Virus record (IMG/VR): IMGVR_UViG_3300005615_000001
Location: 7,508-71,507 of that record
Strand: one strand, 5' to 3'
DNA: 64,000 bases
Source of the DNA: a virus
Taxonomy: Duplodnaviria; Caudoviricetes
Shown here: one piece after another, positions 1-10,402 of the stretch
How positions within the stretch are numbered: position 1 is the first letter of the stretch
Layout of the letters: each line of letters opens with the position of its first letter
Notes under the pieces: model-generated
Databases searched by the model: none
What the model saw: the letters and a program-made list of their open reading frames with translations, nothing else
Told to the model about the DNA's origin: nothing
Program-made: the position numbers and the translations under genes

Positions 1-2
1 GC

Positions 3-608
3 GTCCGCATCGTCCAGTCGAAAGACGCGATTCACTCGCAGGACGGCATGATCATCGTGCCGCAGCAGATCGTTGGCGTGGACCTCCCACGTTCGGAGAT
101 CAGAGCCGATCGCACGGCCGGCGCGGGAACGATCATCGTGCGCGTGCTGGTGTCGTTCCTCCGTCACTACCGGCCGCGCTACGTGGGCGAGTCGGAAACG
201 AACACGGATCGCGACATGGACGAGCCGAGCATTGCATCCGAGCTCGCGCACATCGTCGGAATCTTCGAGCGGGGCACGCTGTACCTCGAAGACATGGAGA
301 CAGCGGACGGGAAAGTCGTGGACCCGATGCGCACCGCGCTCGCCGAGGATGGCACCTACGATACCGCCACGCCCATCTACACACTGAACGAGAACCCGCC
401 GTCCATCTCCATCCAGCAAGCCGACTTTCTTAGCCGTGATCCGAAGCGTTCCGTCGAGAAGATCTGGCGCGACGCTCAGGACAACGCCCAAGAGGAAGCG
501 CCAATCATTGCGTTCGCGAAGTACATCGGCGTAGCCTATGGCGTGGTCGCCGAATACGAAGTGATCGTTCCAGACCTCGGAGACCTGACGCGGGGAGGAA
601 TGGCATGA
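3..608 (+). CDS. putative tail completion/terminator-region structural protein (5' partial)
   Basis: Frame is open from position 3; lies upstream of the tail tube gene; ATGA overlap with next gene. Confidence 0.45.
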   Translation, partial: VRIVQSKDAIHSQDGMIIVPQQIVGVDLPRSEIRADRTAGAGTIIVRVLVSFLRHYRPRYVGESETNTDRDMDEPSIASELAHIVGIFERGTLYLEDMETADGKVVDPMRTALAEDGTYDTATPIYTLNENPPSISIQQADFLSRDPKRSVEKIWRDAQDNAQEEAPIIAFAKYIGVAYGVVAEYEVIVPDLGDLTRGGMA

Positions 609-1015
609 CGCAGTTCAAGTATCCGATTCCGGACCAGCCGACCCTGAAGGTGCAGTTCGCGATCGACGACTCGGAGTTTGTGGAACTCGGCACGCACACG
701 CTTGGGCGTGGCGAAGTCTTGGCGGTGAAGAGTGCGGAGCGCGCGCGGCAGATCGTGCGTCATCCGAAGTTCGCGTACGCGCCGGATGATGCTCCGGTTG
801 GGTTGCAGAAATCTCCGGCGCCAGGAGATGTTCTGCTCCCGGCAAGTGCGCGTCCAGGCGTCTCCGTCGAAGATCATGCACGCGCCATGGGGATACCACT
901 TGTGATCACGGCAGAGATGCGCAAGGAACTTGGCGCGCGCGGGCTCGGTGATGCCGAGATCGACGCGCTCACGCCTCAGCAGGCGCGCGACATCCTCAAC
1001 AGGAAGGCGGAGTAA
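605..1015 (+). CDS. hypothetical protein
   Basis: 136 aa; SD-like GGGGAGG upstream; coupled to previous stop. Confidence 0.6.
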   Translation: MTQFKYPIPDQPTLKVQFAIDDSEFVELGTHTLGRGEVLAVKSAERARQIVRHPKFAYAPDDAPVGLQKSPAPGDVLLPASARPGVSVEDHARAMGIPLVITAEMRKELGARGLGDAEIDALTPQQARDILNRKAE

Positions 1016-1019
1016 AGCG

Positions 1020-2345
1020 ATGGCTGGAAACAAAGCTCGCGCGCGCGTCGGATTCGAAGTTGCGGAGGGCATCCCTGGAAACGACATGACGGACCTGCGA
1101 TTCGACAGCGAGTCGCTGGACATGAAGTATGAAGTGAAAGAGCCTGACAACGTTGACCCCTCGGGAAACAAGGCAGAGGGCGAGACTCTGAGCGGCACCG
1201 GCGCCGGGTCCATCAGTGGCAACCCGAACTCCGAGTTCTGGCTGAAGCCGCGCATCCACATGGCGGAGTACTTCGAGCAGTCGAATCCAGGCACTGGCGT
1301 CTACCGATACGAGCTGCGCGACCGCGACGAGATCACGGAAGATCCGTTGGACTTCCACTACGAAACGCTGCACTTCGGAATCTGGCGCGCAGAGCGTGAC
1401 AGCCCCACGGAGTACGCCGTGATGGGCGCTCGCGCCTCGAAGATGGAGCTCGCGGTGGCGGCGAAGTCGTTCGCAAAGATCTCGTTCGATCTTCTCTTTC
1501 TCCGCGACCGCTACTCGTCTGATCCGGTTGAAGTCGCCGCTGATGCCGCGTTCACCGGCCAGCTTCACGTCGTCGGTCACCGTGACGCCGGCGATGAGAA
1601 CGGCGATCCGTATCGGTTCAAGATCACGGCGACGGACGGCGCTGTCGGCACGGCAACGCTGCTGTGGGGCAAGGGACCGGACGACGACATTGAGTGGGGC
1701 ACGACGCCCCACGTGACAGCCGAGCGGATGGACATTCGGAATCCCGATGACACGCTGGCGACTTCGAACGCCCGTATTCCGTTCCAGCTTCTCATCGTGC
1801 CGGGGGGAGTCTTTACAGAAGATGACGAGTTCAAAATATCGGCGACATCGGAGCAACCGGTGCAGGCGTTCTCGACGCGTCCGCTGCTAAATGGAGCGGC
1901 GGCTGAGGTGCGGTTTACCATCGGCGGCGGCACCCCATTCACGGAACGCATCAGCGATTACACGCTGACGCACTACCGCCCACTAGAGGCGAAGGAGGGC
2001 ATCGGCTCCATCTACGATCAGACGATCGGCCTTCCGGCAGACGCCGAGCCATGGTGGGAGTTCGGGTTCAACGGCACTTACCAAAGTCTGCGATTCAAAC
2101 AAGCGCTCCTGCAGGGGCGACGGTTTGACCTGTACGTGAAACTGATCGGTCAGCCGATCGGATCAACAGGCCTGTACGACTTTGCTGAGTTCACCTTCAC
2201 GAATTCGATGAAGCTAGCATCCGTAGGCGGCGGTCAGATTTCGACGAAGGGTGATCTGCCAGAGAATCCCGTGCTCCGATCATTCGGCCCGAATCAATGC
2301 GTGGAAGTGTGGCAGAACACTCTCGCTTCGATCACGCCTCCGTAG
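1020..2345 (+). CDS. major tail (tube) protein with inserted beta-rich domain
   Basis: 441 aa from ATG 1020; N-terminal RFDSESLDMKYEVKEPDNVD resembles siphovirus tail-tube N-termini; lies upstream of tape measure. Confidence 0.65.
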   Translation: MAGNKARARVGFEVAEGIPGNDMTDLRFDSESLDMKYEVKEPDNVDPSGNKAEGETLSGTGAGSISGNPNSEFWLKPRIHMAEYFEQSNPGTGVYRYELRDRDEITEDPLDFHYETLHFGIWRAERDSPTEYAVMGARASKMELAVAAKSFAKISFDLLFLRDRYSSDPVEVAADAAFTGQLHVVGHRDAGDENGDPYRFKITATDGAVGTATLLWGKGPDDDIEWGTTPHVTAERMDIRNPDDTLATSNARIPFQLLIVPGGVFTEDDEFKISATSEQPVQAFSTRPLLNGAAAEVRFTIGGGTPFTERISDYTLTHYRPLEAKEGIGSIYDQTIGLPADAEPWWEFGFNGTYQSLRFKQALLQGRRFDLYVKLIGQPIGSTGLYDFAEFTFTNSMKLASVGGGQISTKGDLPENPVLRSFGPNQCVEVWQNTLASITPP

Positions 2346-2352
2346 CACCATC

Positions 2353-2712
2353 ATGTGGACATTCTTTTACCGTGACCCTCTCAACTGCCGTGCAACGAAG
2401 CGCGACATAGCTGGGTTGCGGGACGCAATAAACACTCTCACCAACCTTACGATAGGAGGATTCCACGCCATGTCTGAACGATCCGAACAACTCCGATCCG
2501 AGCTCAGAACGTCGCTCGAAAACATCAGCGGCGACATCACCCTGCTCCAGCAAAAGCTCGAGGAGATGGCCACGAAGGCGAACGACGAAGAAGACGCCGC
2601 GTGGGGAGAGCTGGTCAGTCAGGCCCAAGCCATCGCCAGCCGTGTGCAGGACAACGCGCCGCCGGATACCGAGCCGGAAGAGCCGGAAGGATCAGGCACA
2701 GCAACGCCGTAG
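2353..2712 (+). CDS. coiled-coil phage protein (alternative start 2470 with AGGAGG SD)
   Basis: LENISGDITLLQQKLEE heptads; acidic Pro-rich tail. Confidence 0.6.
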   Translation: MWTFFYRDPLNCRATKRDIAGLRDAINTLTNLTIGGFHAMSERSEQLRSELRTSLENISGDITLLQQKLEEMATKANDEEDAAWGELVSQAQAIASRVQDNAPPDTEPEEPEGSGTATP

Positions 2713-2728
2713 CGCGTCAGCGCCACCG

Positions 2729-2920
2729 TCATTCGCCGGTCTCCATGTGACCGCGCTGGATGCACTCACGGCAAACAGCGAAGGTGCCGAACGATGTGCG
2801 CACATCGGTTGTTACGTCTACGGCACCGTAGACGTGCGCTTGGTATCGTTGCTCAAGGCGCTCAGGTGCGCCGTCTTCAAAGTGAGTGCTGTCCTCGCAC
2901 TGACACTGTTTTGTTTCCAT
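2729..2920 (-). CDS. small Cys/His protein (accessory cassette 1)
   Basis: CQC...H...CREC...H; TATATT box 6 nt before ATG. Confidence 0.6.
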   Translation of the reverse strand: METKQCQCEDSTHFEDGAPERLEQRYQAHVYGAVDVTTDVRTSFGTFAVCRECIQRGHMETGE

Positions 2921-3000
2921 GCGAGCAATATACGCACGCTCCGTCAACGATCCGTATCACGCTGCGTGAAAAGATCGTGAAATCGCGCGCGGCGTAGAAT
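2918..3000. promoter_or_regulatory. bidirectional promoter cassette, copy A
   Basis: 63/69 nt identical to 17694-17762; TATATT (minus strand) and TAGAAT (plus strand) each 6 nt from a start codon. Confidence 0.75.
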
Positions 3001-3006
3001 GTCGCC

Positions 3007-5634
3007 ATGGCAGAGAGCCAAGCCAAAGTAAAGATCTCCGCCGACGCGGCGGGTCTCAAACCGGCCGAAGATGCGGTCAACAAGCTCGGTAAAGCGGCTG
3101 AGAACGTAGGCGCCGCCGCTGCTGGCACTGCCGCCGAGCTCCGGCAGGTCGGACAAGTTGGCACCGGAGCAGGGAATGACGTTGCCCGAGCGGCCGAGCG
3201 GGCTACGGAGTCTTCGACGCAGGCCGCACAAGCTGCCCGCCAGGAAGCGCAGGCGATCGACGAGGTGTCAGCGGCGGCGCGTCAGGAAGCCGACGCTGTA
3301 GAGGCGGCGGGCCGTGCTGCCGTGCAGGCAAACGAGAAGGCGGAGCAGTCGGTTGACGAACTCGCCAACGCCATGCGGGCAGTCGCAACAGCGATCCGCG
3401 CGTCGGATGAGCCGCTCGCACTCCAGCAACAGTCGCTAATTGCCTATGAAGAACGTCTGGAGGCAATCGCCAGCGGCTACCGCGCCAACACAGAGGCGAG
3501 CCGCCTCCATGCCGACGCAGCCACTGCCGCCCTCGCCGACGTTCGGAAACAGGCGGAGGCTGTGGGTGCCGAGATTCGCAAGATCGAAACCGAAAAGGCG
3601 TTCCGGCGTTTGGCCGATGATGTTGTTCAAGTCGATGACGCTTTCGAGAGTGCGGTAAGCGCCATCGCTCGGGTTCAGAAAGAGATCGCAGAAACGGGAC
3701 GTGTTGGCGCGCGATCAATCGGTCAGGCCGCGCAAGCCGTCGAGAATTATCGGATCACAGTTGCGGAGAGTGGTGACGCCATTGACGGTGCGCGCCGCGA
3801 AGAAGTAGCTAGACTTGAGCAACTCGAAGCGCATCTCGTTCGGGTCACGCAAAGGGCCAACGCGTTGACCAACGCGGCCAAAGACAACGCCGTTCGGCTC
3901 AAAGAAACAGGCGCGCAGGTCGGCGCGATCGGCTTGGCCGTACAGGATTTGACGCGCTTCCTCGGACCCAACGCGCAGGCGTTCGGCAACGTCGCCGCGC
4001 AGATCGGGCTGGTAGGTGTCAACGTCGAGCAAGCGAAAGATGCCTTCGGTGGACTGAACCTGAACCAGATCGGCGCCGCCCGCGGCGCCGTAGGTCTTGG
4101 CGCGCAACTCGCCGCAGTGCTCGCGGTCATGATTGCCTCGTCGAAAGCTGGTCTTGAGCTCGCTAAAACAGATCAGGACGTAGCTGATGTAATGGATGGA
4201 GTCTCGAAGACAGCGAAAGACCTCGGCCGCACGCTCGGCGTGTTCCTAAAAAACGAGGCAGACCGCTTCGGCGCATCCATGAAGGCGCTTCGTGAAATCC
4301 TGCTCAGCGGTTTCGGTGCGAGCGAAGATCAGTTTCGCGCATTGTCACTCGCGATCCGCGAAGGCAGCGACGCCGTGAACGCCTACTACGATCTCCGGCG
4401 GCGAGGCGTGGTCGATGAAGAGGCCGCGCGTCTCGCTATCATTGAATCGCAGGTCGCGCTCAAAGCGCAGACGGAGGAAGTCAACAACGCTTCATCCGCC
4501 CAAGACAAGCACGCAACCTCTCATCGCAATGCTACGGCCGCAACGGAAGCGCACACCGCTGCGGTGCAACGCTATCAAACTGCGGAGAGTCTCGCGCTCG
4601 AGGCGGTGTCTAAAGTCGGCGTAGAACTGGTGCTGCTAGAGAAAGCCGTCAACGGCACGACTCCGGCAATTTCCACGGCAGCTCACGTGATCGCCGAGAT
4701 GGCGGACGCATCGGATCGGAACAGCGTCGCGCTGGCGGCTGAGGCTAGCGCGCTGGAAGCAGCGGCCGCGAAAGCCGACAACATGTCACGCGCCGAACGC
4801 GATCGAGTTACGGAAGTCGTAGAACTCGCGCGACGCGGCGGAGAACTGAACGTAGTTGAGCAGGCACGGCTGGAGACTCTTGCCCGCGAGCTCGAATCGA
4901 GCAAGGGTGTCACGGCTGCGACTTCTGATCTCGCCAATGCTACCGACGCGTTGCTGTCATCTGTCCGCGCCACGACTGCCGGAATCTTGGAAGCAACTGG
5001 CGCCCAGGACTCGCTCAGCGAATCGCGGCGAATGGAGATCGCAGTACTTAATGAGTTGATAGCGCGGGCCGAAGCTCAGAAGACTCAGGAGGAAGAGGCA
5101 GCGCTTGCTGCCCGGTACCACGGAGACAGCTTGGAGTTCCTTCGCGCAAAGCGCGAGCAACTGATCCGTGAGCAGGGTCCGCAACTCACCGTGTGGCATG
5201 CGACCGAGCAGGCGCAAAGTGCTGTCGCTGACGAGGCGCAGCGACAGGCCGACGCGACACGCTCGCAGATCACGGCGAATACGGACCTTGAAGCCATCAA
5301 CCGGCGTGTCAAGGATTCGGAAGACCTTCTCAAATCGTCGATGACGAACCTCACCGACGAGCAGCGGAAGAGCATCGCAGCCGCAGCGGAAGCTGCGAAT
5401 GCAACCGGTAAGATCACCCCGAATGCAGACGGCGCGGCTGCCGCAATGCGCGCGCTACAGGCTCCGTTCGCGCAGCTTCCAGGTAACGCGCGCGAGTTGG
5501 CAGCGGCGCTGCCCGAAGTGGATCAGCACATCCGTTCGATCGCAGACAACGCAAGCCGTGCAGCGGATAACATCGCGCGGATGAATCGGGCCGTAGCCGA
5601 TGGGGCCAGCACTGCGGCAGGAGCAGCCCAATGA
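3007..5634 (+). CDS. tape measure protein
   Basis: 875 aa, Ala-rich, helical; follows tail tube gene. Confidence 0.85.
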   Translation: MAESQAKVKISADAAGLKPAEDAVNKLGKAAENVGAAAAGTAAELRQVGQVGTGAGNDVARAAERATESSTQAAQAARQEAQAIDEVSAAARQEADAVEAAGRAAVQANEKAEQSVDELANAMRAVATAIRASDEPLALQQQSLIAYEERLEAIASGYRANTEASRLHADAATAALADVRKQAEAVGAEIRKIETEKAFRRLADDVVQVDDAFESAVSAIARVQKEIAETGRVGARSIGQAAQAVENYRITVAESGDAIDGARREEVARLEQLEAHLVRVTQRANALTNAAKDNAVRLKETGAQVGAIGLAVQDLTRFLGPNAQAFGNVAAQIGLVGVNVEQAKDAFGGLNLNQIGAARGAVGLGAQLAAVLAVMIASSKAGLELAKTDQDVADVMDGVSKTAKDLGRTLGVFLKNEADRFGASMKALREILLSGFGASEDQFRALSLAIREGSDAVNAYYDLRRRGVVDEEAARLAIIESQVALKAQTEEVNNASSAQDKHATSHRNATAATEAHTAAVQRYQTAESLALEAVSKVGVELVLLEKAVNGTTPAISTAAHVIAEMADASDRNSVALAAEASALEAAAAKADNMSRAERDRVTEVVELARRGGELNVVEQARLETLARELESSKGVTAATSDLANATDALLSSVRATTAGILEATGAQDSLSESRRMEIAVLNELIARAEAQKTQEEEAALAARYHGDSLEFLRAKREQLIREQGPQLTVWHATEQAQSAVADEAQRQADATRSQITANTDLEAINRRVKDSEDLLKSSMTNLTDEQRKSIAAAAEAANATGKITPNADGAAAAMRALQAPFAQLPGNARELAAALPEVDQHIRSIADNASRAADNIARMNRAVADGASTAAGAAQ

Positions 5635-6257
5635 GCGGCGGGTTTCGCCTCTTGGCAAACGTCGTATCGGAGATCGCGGATCGCAGCAACGCCGCTGCCG
5701 ATGCACAAGATCGCCTCAACGCGTCCATGGGCAAGGCCCCGCAGTACAGCACAGGTTTCGCGAAGCTGCTCGAATTCAAAGACGCGCAGGGCGAGACCGG
5801 AGGAACAACCTTCACCGAAGCATGGAAGTTGCTCAACGCGCAACTGGATGTCACCGAACAGGCGCGCGCCAATCCAGCGAATGCGAATCTAGCGATCTTC
5901 GCAGCGGACGCCATGCGCAAACTGGAAGACTTCTTCCGGCGAGTCTTTCCGCAACTCGGCGATGTTCGTACGCTACTCCGAAACCTTGAAGCGTTCCGGT
6001 CTTCGGAGGCCGCCGCAGAACGCAGAGAGCCCACCGCCACAGCCGATGACGTGAAGAAGTCTCAGGCACAAACCGCGCAAGCCACCGTCGCTTTGCTCAT
6101 TCCCTACCTCGGACGCGTGGAGAACATGCTGCGCGAGGCGGCACGCCGCGCTGAGCGTCCGCCTACATCAACGCCAGTGGTGCCATCGACGAAGCCGAGT
6201 CCTACACCGCAACCGTCGAGCGCCGTGCTCATTTGGCAAGGGAGTCTGAAGGGATGA
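5631..6257 (+). CDS. hypothetical tail-module protein
   Basis: 208 aa; ATGA-coupled to tape measure gene. Confidence 0.6.
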   Translation: MSGGFRLLANVVSEIADRSNAAADAQDRLNASMGKAPQYSTGFAKLLEFKDAQGETGGTTFTEAWKLLNAQLDVTEQARANPANANLAIFAADAMRKLEDFFRRVFPQLGDVRTLLRNLEAFRSSEAAAERREPTATADDVKKSQAQTAQATVALLIPYLGRVENMLREAARRAERPPTSTPVVPSTKPSPTPQPSSAVLIWQGSLKG

Positions 6258-6985
6258 CGCAGCCGTTAGTGTCGCTCGGCGATCCCGGCATCAAAGGTCC
6301 GCTCGTGATCGACGGCATCCCTTTCAAGTTCAACCCTCAAGCGATCGAAGCGACGCCTACGCCTGTAAGCGATTTCGTTGAGCTCTTCGATGGCGGGCAA
6401 CTTGAGGTGCAGCGCCGCCCGCACTTCGACGGCATCGCCAACCTTAACGCCCGCTGGACGATCTCTTTTCCGCACGATGCGCTCAAGGACGATGACCTGA
6501 CGAACCTTGAGTTGATTTTCGCCAGTGGCGGCAATCACTTCCTCACGTTGTGGAAGCTCATGCCCACTGTGTTCACGTGCCGCGCGGGGCTGAAGCGGTA
6601 CTACCTGCCGCGATTCCGCAAGTGTGCGGCACACCTGTACTCAGGACTTCAGCTTTCATCGCAGGGGTCATGGGCATCCGCCTTGGTATCGACGAATCTC
6701 TTCCCGACGTACGCCACGCTCGCGGGCTCTGCCCTCACGCCGTCGTACGCGAACGGCCCGACGCTAACCGACCCTGGCGCCGGCGGGATTCGGATCTCGC
6801 GTCAACCGGATGGGCCAGGAAGCGACGCGCGCGACTACGTGCCGATGCTACTCGGGGATTCGCCTGCTGGCGGAGCGCTGCTTGTCGTGTGGATGTGCCA
6901 GACGTTCCAGATGTCGATGCAGGCGCCGAGAATTACGATGCGGCGCGCGGATGAGCAGCACAGCTACACGTTCACGGAAGTCTGA
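6254..6985 (+). CDS. putative distal tail/minor tail protein
   Basis: 243 aa, beta-rich; position after tape measure. Confidence 0.5.
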   Translation: MTQPLVSLGDPGIKGPLVIDGIPFKFNPQAIEATPTPVSDFVELFDGGQLEVQRRPHFDGIANLNARWTISFPHDALKDDDLTNLELIFASGGNHFLTLWKLMPTVFTCRAGLKRYYLPRFRKCAAHLYSGLQLSSQGSWASALVSTNLFPTYATLAGSALTPSYANGPTLTDPGAGGIRISRQPDGPGSDARDYVPMLLGDSPAGGALLVVWMCQTFQMSMQAPRITMRRADEQHSYTFTEV

Positions 6986-7004
6986 GTTTGAACCTCACCC
7001 CGCC

Positions 7005-7235
7005 TCAACGGCTACGCCTATTAACGATCTGCGATATCCGTTGCGGTGTGAGATCGAACTTCGGCGCGATGCTCCTGATCGGCACGCCAGTTGATGCGAG
7101 TCTTCGGATCTTGGCATCACGCGTCTTGTTTCTGCGCTTGTACGCACCGGACTGCCTGACGTCATTGGTCGCAAGAACCGCAGCTATGGCGTCGTCCCAT
7201 TCGGGGAGGTCGCACTCGAAAGTTGATACCGACAT
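7005..7235 (-). CDS. small HTH DNA-binding protein
   Basis: RDAKIRRLASTGVPIRSIAPKFDLTPQRISQIV HTH pattern. Confidence 0.65.
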   Translation of the reverse strand: MSVSTFECDLPEWDDAIAAVLATNDVRQSGAYKRRNKTRDAKIRRLASTGVPIRSIAPKFDLTPQRISQIVNRRSR

Positions 7236-7242
7236 GGTTCTG

Positions 7243-7533
7243 TTAGTCGTCCGGTGGCGGCGCGGTCGTGAGTTGATCCCACACAAGGCCCGCCAGCGCT
7301 TCGGCATCAATTTCGTGACCTGCGGCGAAGTCGATTGACGTTGCGAGCGCCGCTGTCAACGCAGCCAACGTGATAACGCGCTCCGCTTCGGCGACCATCG
7401 GCACTGCAATTTGGCAGCGTGCATGCCAGGCCGCAAAAGCGGCGTCACGCTGGCATGTGAACTGCGGCATGCCGTTGTGCGCCCACCAACTCTCGAACGA
7501 TTCTGTTGTCACGGGTCGCATTGTGGTTGTCAC
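7243..7533 (-). CDS. hypothetical protein
   Basis: 96 aa in reverse cassette; start uncertain. Confidence 0.45.
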   Translation of the reverse strand: MTTTMRPVTTESFESWWAHNGMPQFTCQRDAAFAAWHARCQIAVPMVAEAERVITLAALTAALATSIDFAAGHEIDAEALAGLVWDQLTTAPPPDD

Positions 7534-7536
7534 CGA

Positions 7537-7974
7537 TCACCCCTTCGCCGCCACATGTTTGGTGATGTGCTTGTCGATGATGTCAGCTAGGTCCAACTCG
7601 TCGGGCCAATCGCTATCGCCGACGTACATGCAGAGATCGCGTAGCGCGACGATGGCTCGTTCGCGCTCATCGCGAAGGATGAGGGCAGTTCGCACCGCCT
7701 CACTTTCGATGTCTGGCAGCAGCATTTGCAGGATGTGCCGCGCTTCAGCCTTTCGGCCAGCGGTGTAGGCCTCATCCTCGACCTCAATGGAGATGTTGTC
7801 CGACCCGGAAGCCTGCGCGTCAATCGCAGCGCCGAGGGCTTGGATGGTCAACTTCGCCTGACTCTGCGCATCGACCGTCCACGTGAGCCGTGAGCACGTA
7901 AGCTGATTACCGAGTTCGTCAAGCCAAGTCGTTCCTACTGGCGTGCCGTCGCTGATGATTTTATAGTTGTTCAC
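7537..7974 (-). CDS. hypothetical phage protein
   Basis: GGAGGAG SD; C-terminal ERERAIVALRDLC..GDSDW.DELDLADIIDKH motif typical of phage accessory genes. Confidence 0.65.
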   Translation of the reverse strand: MNNYKIISDGTPVGTTWLDELGNQLTCSRLTWTVDAQSQAKLTIQALGAAIDAQASGSDNISIEVEDEAYTAGRKAEARHILQMLLPDIESEAVRTALILRDERERAIVALRDLCMYVGDSDWPDELDLADIIDKHITKHVAAKG

Positions 7975-8204
7975 GTTTCACTCCTCCTTCGTCATCGCCT
8001 GAGCCCACCTCCGCGACAATTGATGCGCCGACGCAGATCAAGCCGCACCTCGCCATCCCCTTTGCATTTCGACGAGCGCCACGAAGAGAGCGACCCCTCG
8101 CGTGCTTCGCTGTAGCTCCGGTTCACCGCCATCCGCACGTGCAACCCTCACACAGATGACGGGTGATGCAGCCAGTTTGATTGCAAGGATCTGCGCCGGC
8201 TAAA

Positions 8205-8217
8205 CACAGTGTAGCAC
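8205..8217. repeat. CACAGTGTAGCAC regulatory 13-mer (copy 1 of 4)
   Basis: Perfect copies also at 11153, 13881 and (reverse) 53410; contains TACACT. Confidence 0.75.
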
Positions 8218-8244
8218 AGAGCCGCATGCGAAGATAGCGGACGA

Positions 8245-10389
8245 ATGACGCGCCTGCTGACGATCCCCGGCACGATCACGATCACCGGCCCGCGCGCTGC
8301 GCACGTCGATGCCGATGTGATCACCACAGATGAAGCATGGTCGGAGATGGCGCTCTCAGTGAGCGATCTTCCAGACGTGGCGCACGCGCAGCGCTACCAG
8401 CAGATCGGCGTGCGCGTTCAGGTGGAACGCGCGGTTGGCGACGGCGTGATGCTCACGCTGCCAGATCATTTCGAACTCGGGAAGAACTTGACCATCACCG
8501 AGAGCACGCGGTCGTTGGGCGACATGCTCACGTTCACGGCTGTAGGCGAACGATTCTCGCCGCTCGCTCGCGGACTGCTACGCCAGCGCGCGAAGGTCAT
8601 GGTGAGCGTGGTGTACGGCTTCGGTGTGAACGAGTACCGACGCAACGTATTCACCGGGTGGATCGTGCAGGCACAGTTCGATGTGCAACCGCCGACGTCG
8701 CAGGTGGTCGCGCTGGACGCTCAGGCGTTGTATGCGGAACGCCGCGCGCCGAACTACTTCGTGCCAGCGAACTCTGGCAAGACACGCGGCCTCGTGACCC
8801 GCGAGCTGCTGGCGATCGGCGGGATCGTCGCAGGGTCGATGGACTTCGGCCAGAACGATGGCGGCGTGATATCCAAGTCCGTAACTCTCGGAGATAAAAC
8901 AATCCTTGAATTCTTGCGGGAATACCTGGCGGTAATTGGAGTCGATATCTACTTCGCTGAAGGCGTTCTTGTCGCCGTCAGATTCGACCCCGACGAGCCC
9001 CACGTTGCAGAGTTGAACTCGGGCAATCTGTGTCTACCGCTCGGCCTGAAGGCGCCCGACACACTCGCGCCAAACGTCACCGGCATCGTGTCGACGAAGG
9101 TCACTCGCTCACCCGTGGGCGGGCCGCTACCGGCAGTCCCGAACGTCACGACCATCGTTGGCACGCACGGCCGTGAAACGGCCGCCGAACGACAGTACGC
9201 CGGCGCGATGGTTGCCTTCACTCCGCCGCCGGCGGGGCCGTACACAGAAACGCTGAGCGAGGTGCACACCGTCACGCAGCAACAAGGCGGCGTGGAGGTG
9301 AACTTCGAGGAGTGGGAACTCGGCTGGTGGAATCCCCTGGCCGCCCGCAGCGAAGTACGGCAGGTTGATCCCCACACCGACGAACTTGAAACGAGGCCGC
9401 GCGAATCTGGCTCCGTCTATATCTACGAAGATGGCTCAGTGCATCGCTTCCCGCAAGCCGTATTCACCGAGATCCGGCGGGTAAAGCGCGTGAAGATTCC
9501 AGACGCGAACGGCTACATCACGCGGATCGTGGAGCGCAAATACGGCATCGCGCGCTATCGGCGAGCTCTCACTAAGGTAAACCACGGGCTGTCCGGTGCA
9601 TGGATTCCAGTCGGCGAGGACGGGCAAGGCATGGTTGACGGGCTCGAAGTCTACGGCGGCGTGAGGAATGGCGAAATCGTCTACACCCCCCCGATCCTGA
9701 CGCCAGACGAGATAATCACCACAGACATCACCCTGGATGCCGAGCAGCGCGTCATCCGCGAAACGATCACGCGCGAGTATCGGACCATCGGCGATGAGGT
9801 GCGCCGCGCGAATTCCAGGTTCGGCTACGGCACAGAGAACATGAAGTTCTACGCGCGCGAAAGCGAGATCTCTGGATTCGGGGAGACGTACACGGGCCGA
9901 GATGTGACCACGCGATACTACCGTGCAACGACCGGTGACGCCTACGTGTTCACCGAGATAGTGACGCTCAACGGCGCGCCGCCAACGGCGAAGACGAGCG
10001 ACGCGATTGCCGGTTCACTGCCGACTCCGGAGCGCTTTCAGAAGAACGTCACGACGCAGGAGATTCGCGCAACGGTCGACGACGACGAGCGGATCGCGTT
10101 GGCCGGGGAGCGCATCACAGGCCCTTCGTCAGTCGAACACAACGAATGGATAGAAAACGATGAAGAAGCTGCAACCTACGCGAGGATTCGCGCGCGGAAG
10201 GCAGCGGCGATCGTGCTGACGTGTGAGGTGTCGATGGAAGCGCGTATCCACAAGTACAAGCCGGTGCTGGTGAAGCTGGCCGGCGCGTCGATTGATCGCG
10301 AGAAGTTCTACGTTCAGGAAGTGGTGCGGAACCTCGGTACGTTCCGAGAGTCGCTGGTGTGCGAGCGCTATCCGGTGGCACTGTCGTGA
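8245..10389 (+). CDS. tail tip/hub-like minor tail protein
   Basis: 714 aa, beta-rich; position in tail module. Confidence 0.55.
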   Translation: MTRLLTIPGTITITGPRAAHVDADVITTDEAWSEMALSVSDLPDVAHAQRYQQIGVRVQVERAVGDGVMLTLPDHFELGKNLTITESTRSLGDMLTFTAVGERFSPLARGLLRQRAKVMVSVVYGFGVNEYRRNVFTGWIVQAQFDVQPPTSQVVALDAQALYAERRAPNYFVPANSGKTRGLVTRELLAIGGIVAGSMDFGQNDGGVISKSVTLGDKTILEFLREYLAVIGVDIYFAEGVLVAVRFDPDEPHVAELNSGNLCLPLGLKAPDTLAPNVTGIVSTKVTRSPVGGPLPAVPNVTTIVGTHGRETAAERQYAGAMVAFTPPPAGPYTETLSEVHTVTQQQGGVEVNFEEWELGWWNPLAARSEVRQVDPHTDELETRPRESGSVYIYEDGSVHRFPQAVFTEIRRVKRVKIPDANGYITRIVERKYGIARYRRALTKVNHGLSGAWIPVGEDGQGMVDGLEVYGGVRNGEIVYTPPILTPDEIITTDITLDAEQRVIRETITREYRTIGDEVRRANSRFGYGTENMKFYARESEISGFGETYTGRDVTTRYYRATTGDAYVFTEIVTLNGAPPTAKTSDAIAGSLPTPERFQKNVTTQEIRATVDDDERIALAGERITGPSSVEHNEWIENDEEAATYARIRARKAAAIVLTCEVSMEARIHKYKPVLVKLAGASIDREKFYVQEVVRNLGTFRESLVCERYPVALS

Positions 10390-10402
10390 AGTTAGGTGTC
10401 GT

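Noticed and set aside
996-1856. 286-aa minus-strand ORF inside the tail tube gene
   Set aside because: No recognisable motif, SD or promoter; typical antisense shadow of a GC-rich gene, unlike the intein case.
2353-3006. Tail assembly chaperone with programmed frameshift before tape measure
   Set aside because: No slippery heptamer or extended second frame found; the gap is occupied by a reverse-strand gene.
7985-8204. Possible gene downstream of 13-mer copy 1 (KCKGDGEV, Cys-rich short frames)
   Set aside because: All three minus-strand frames are short or broken; may be a decayed gene but cannot be supported.
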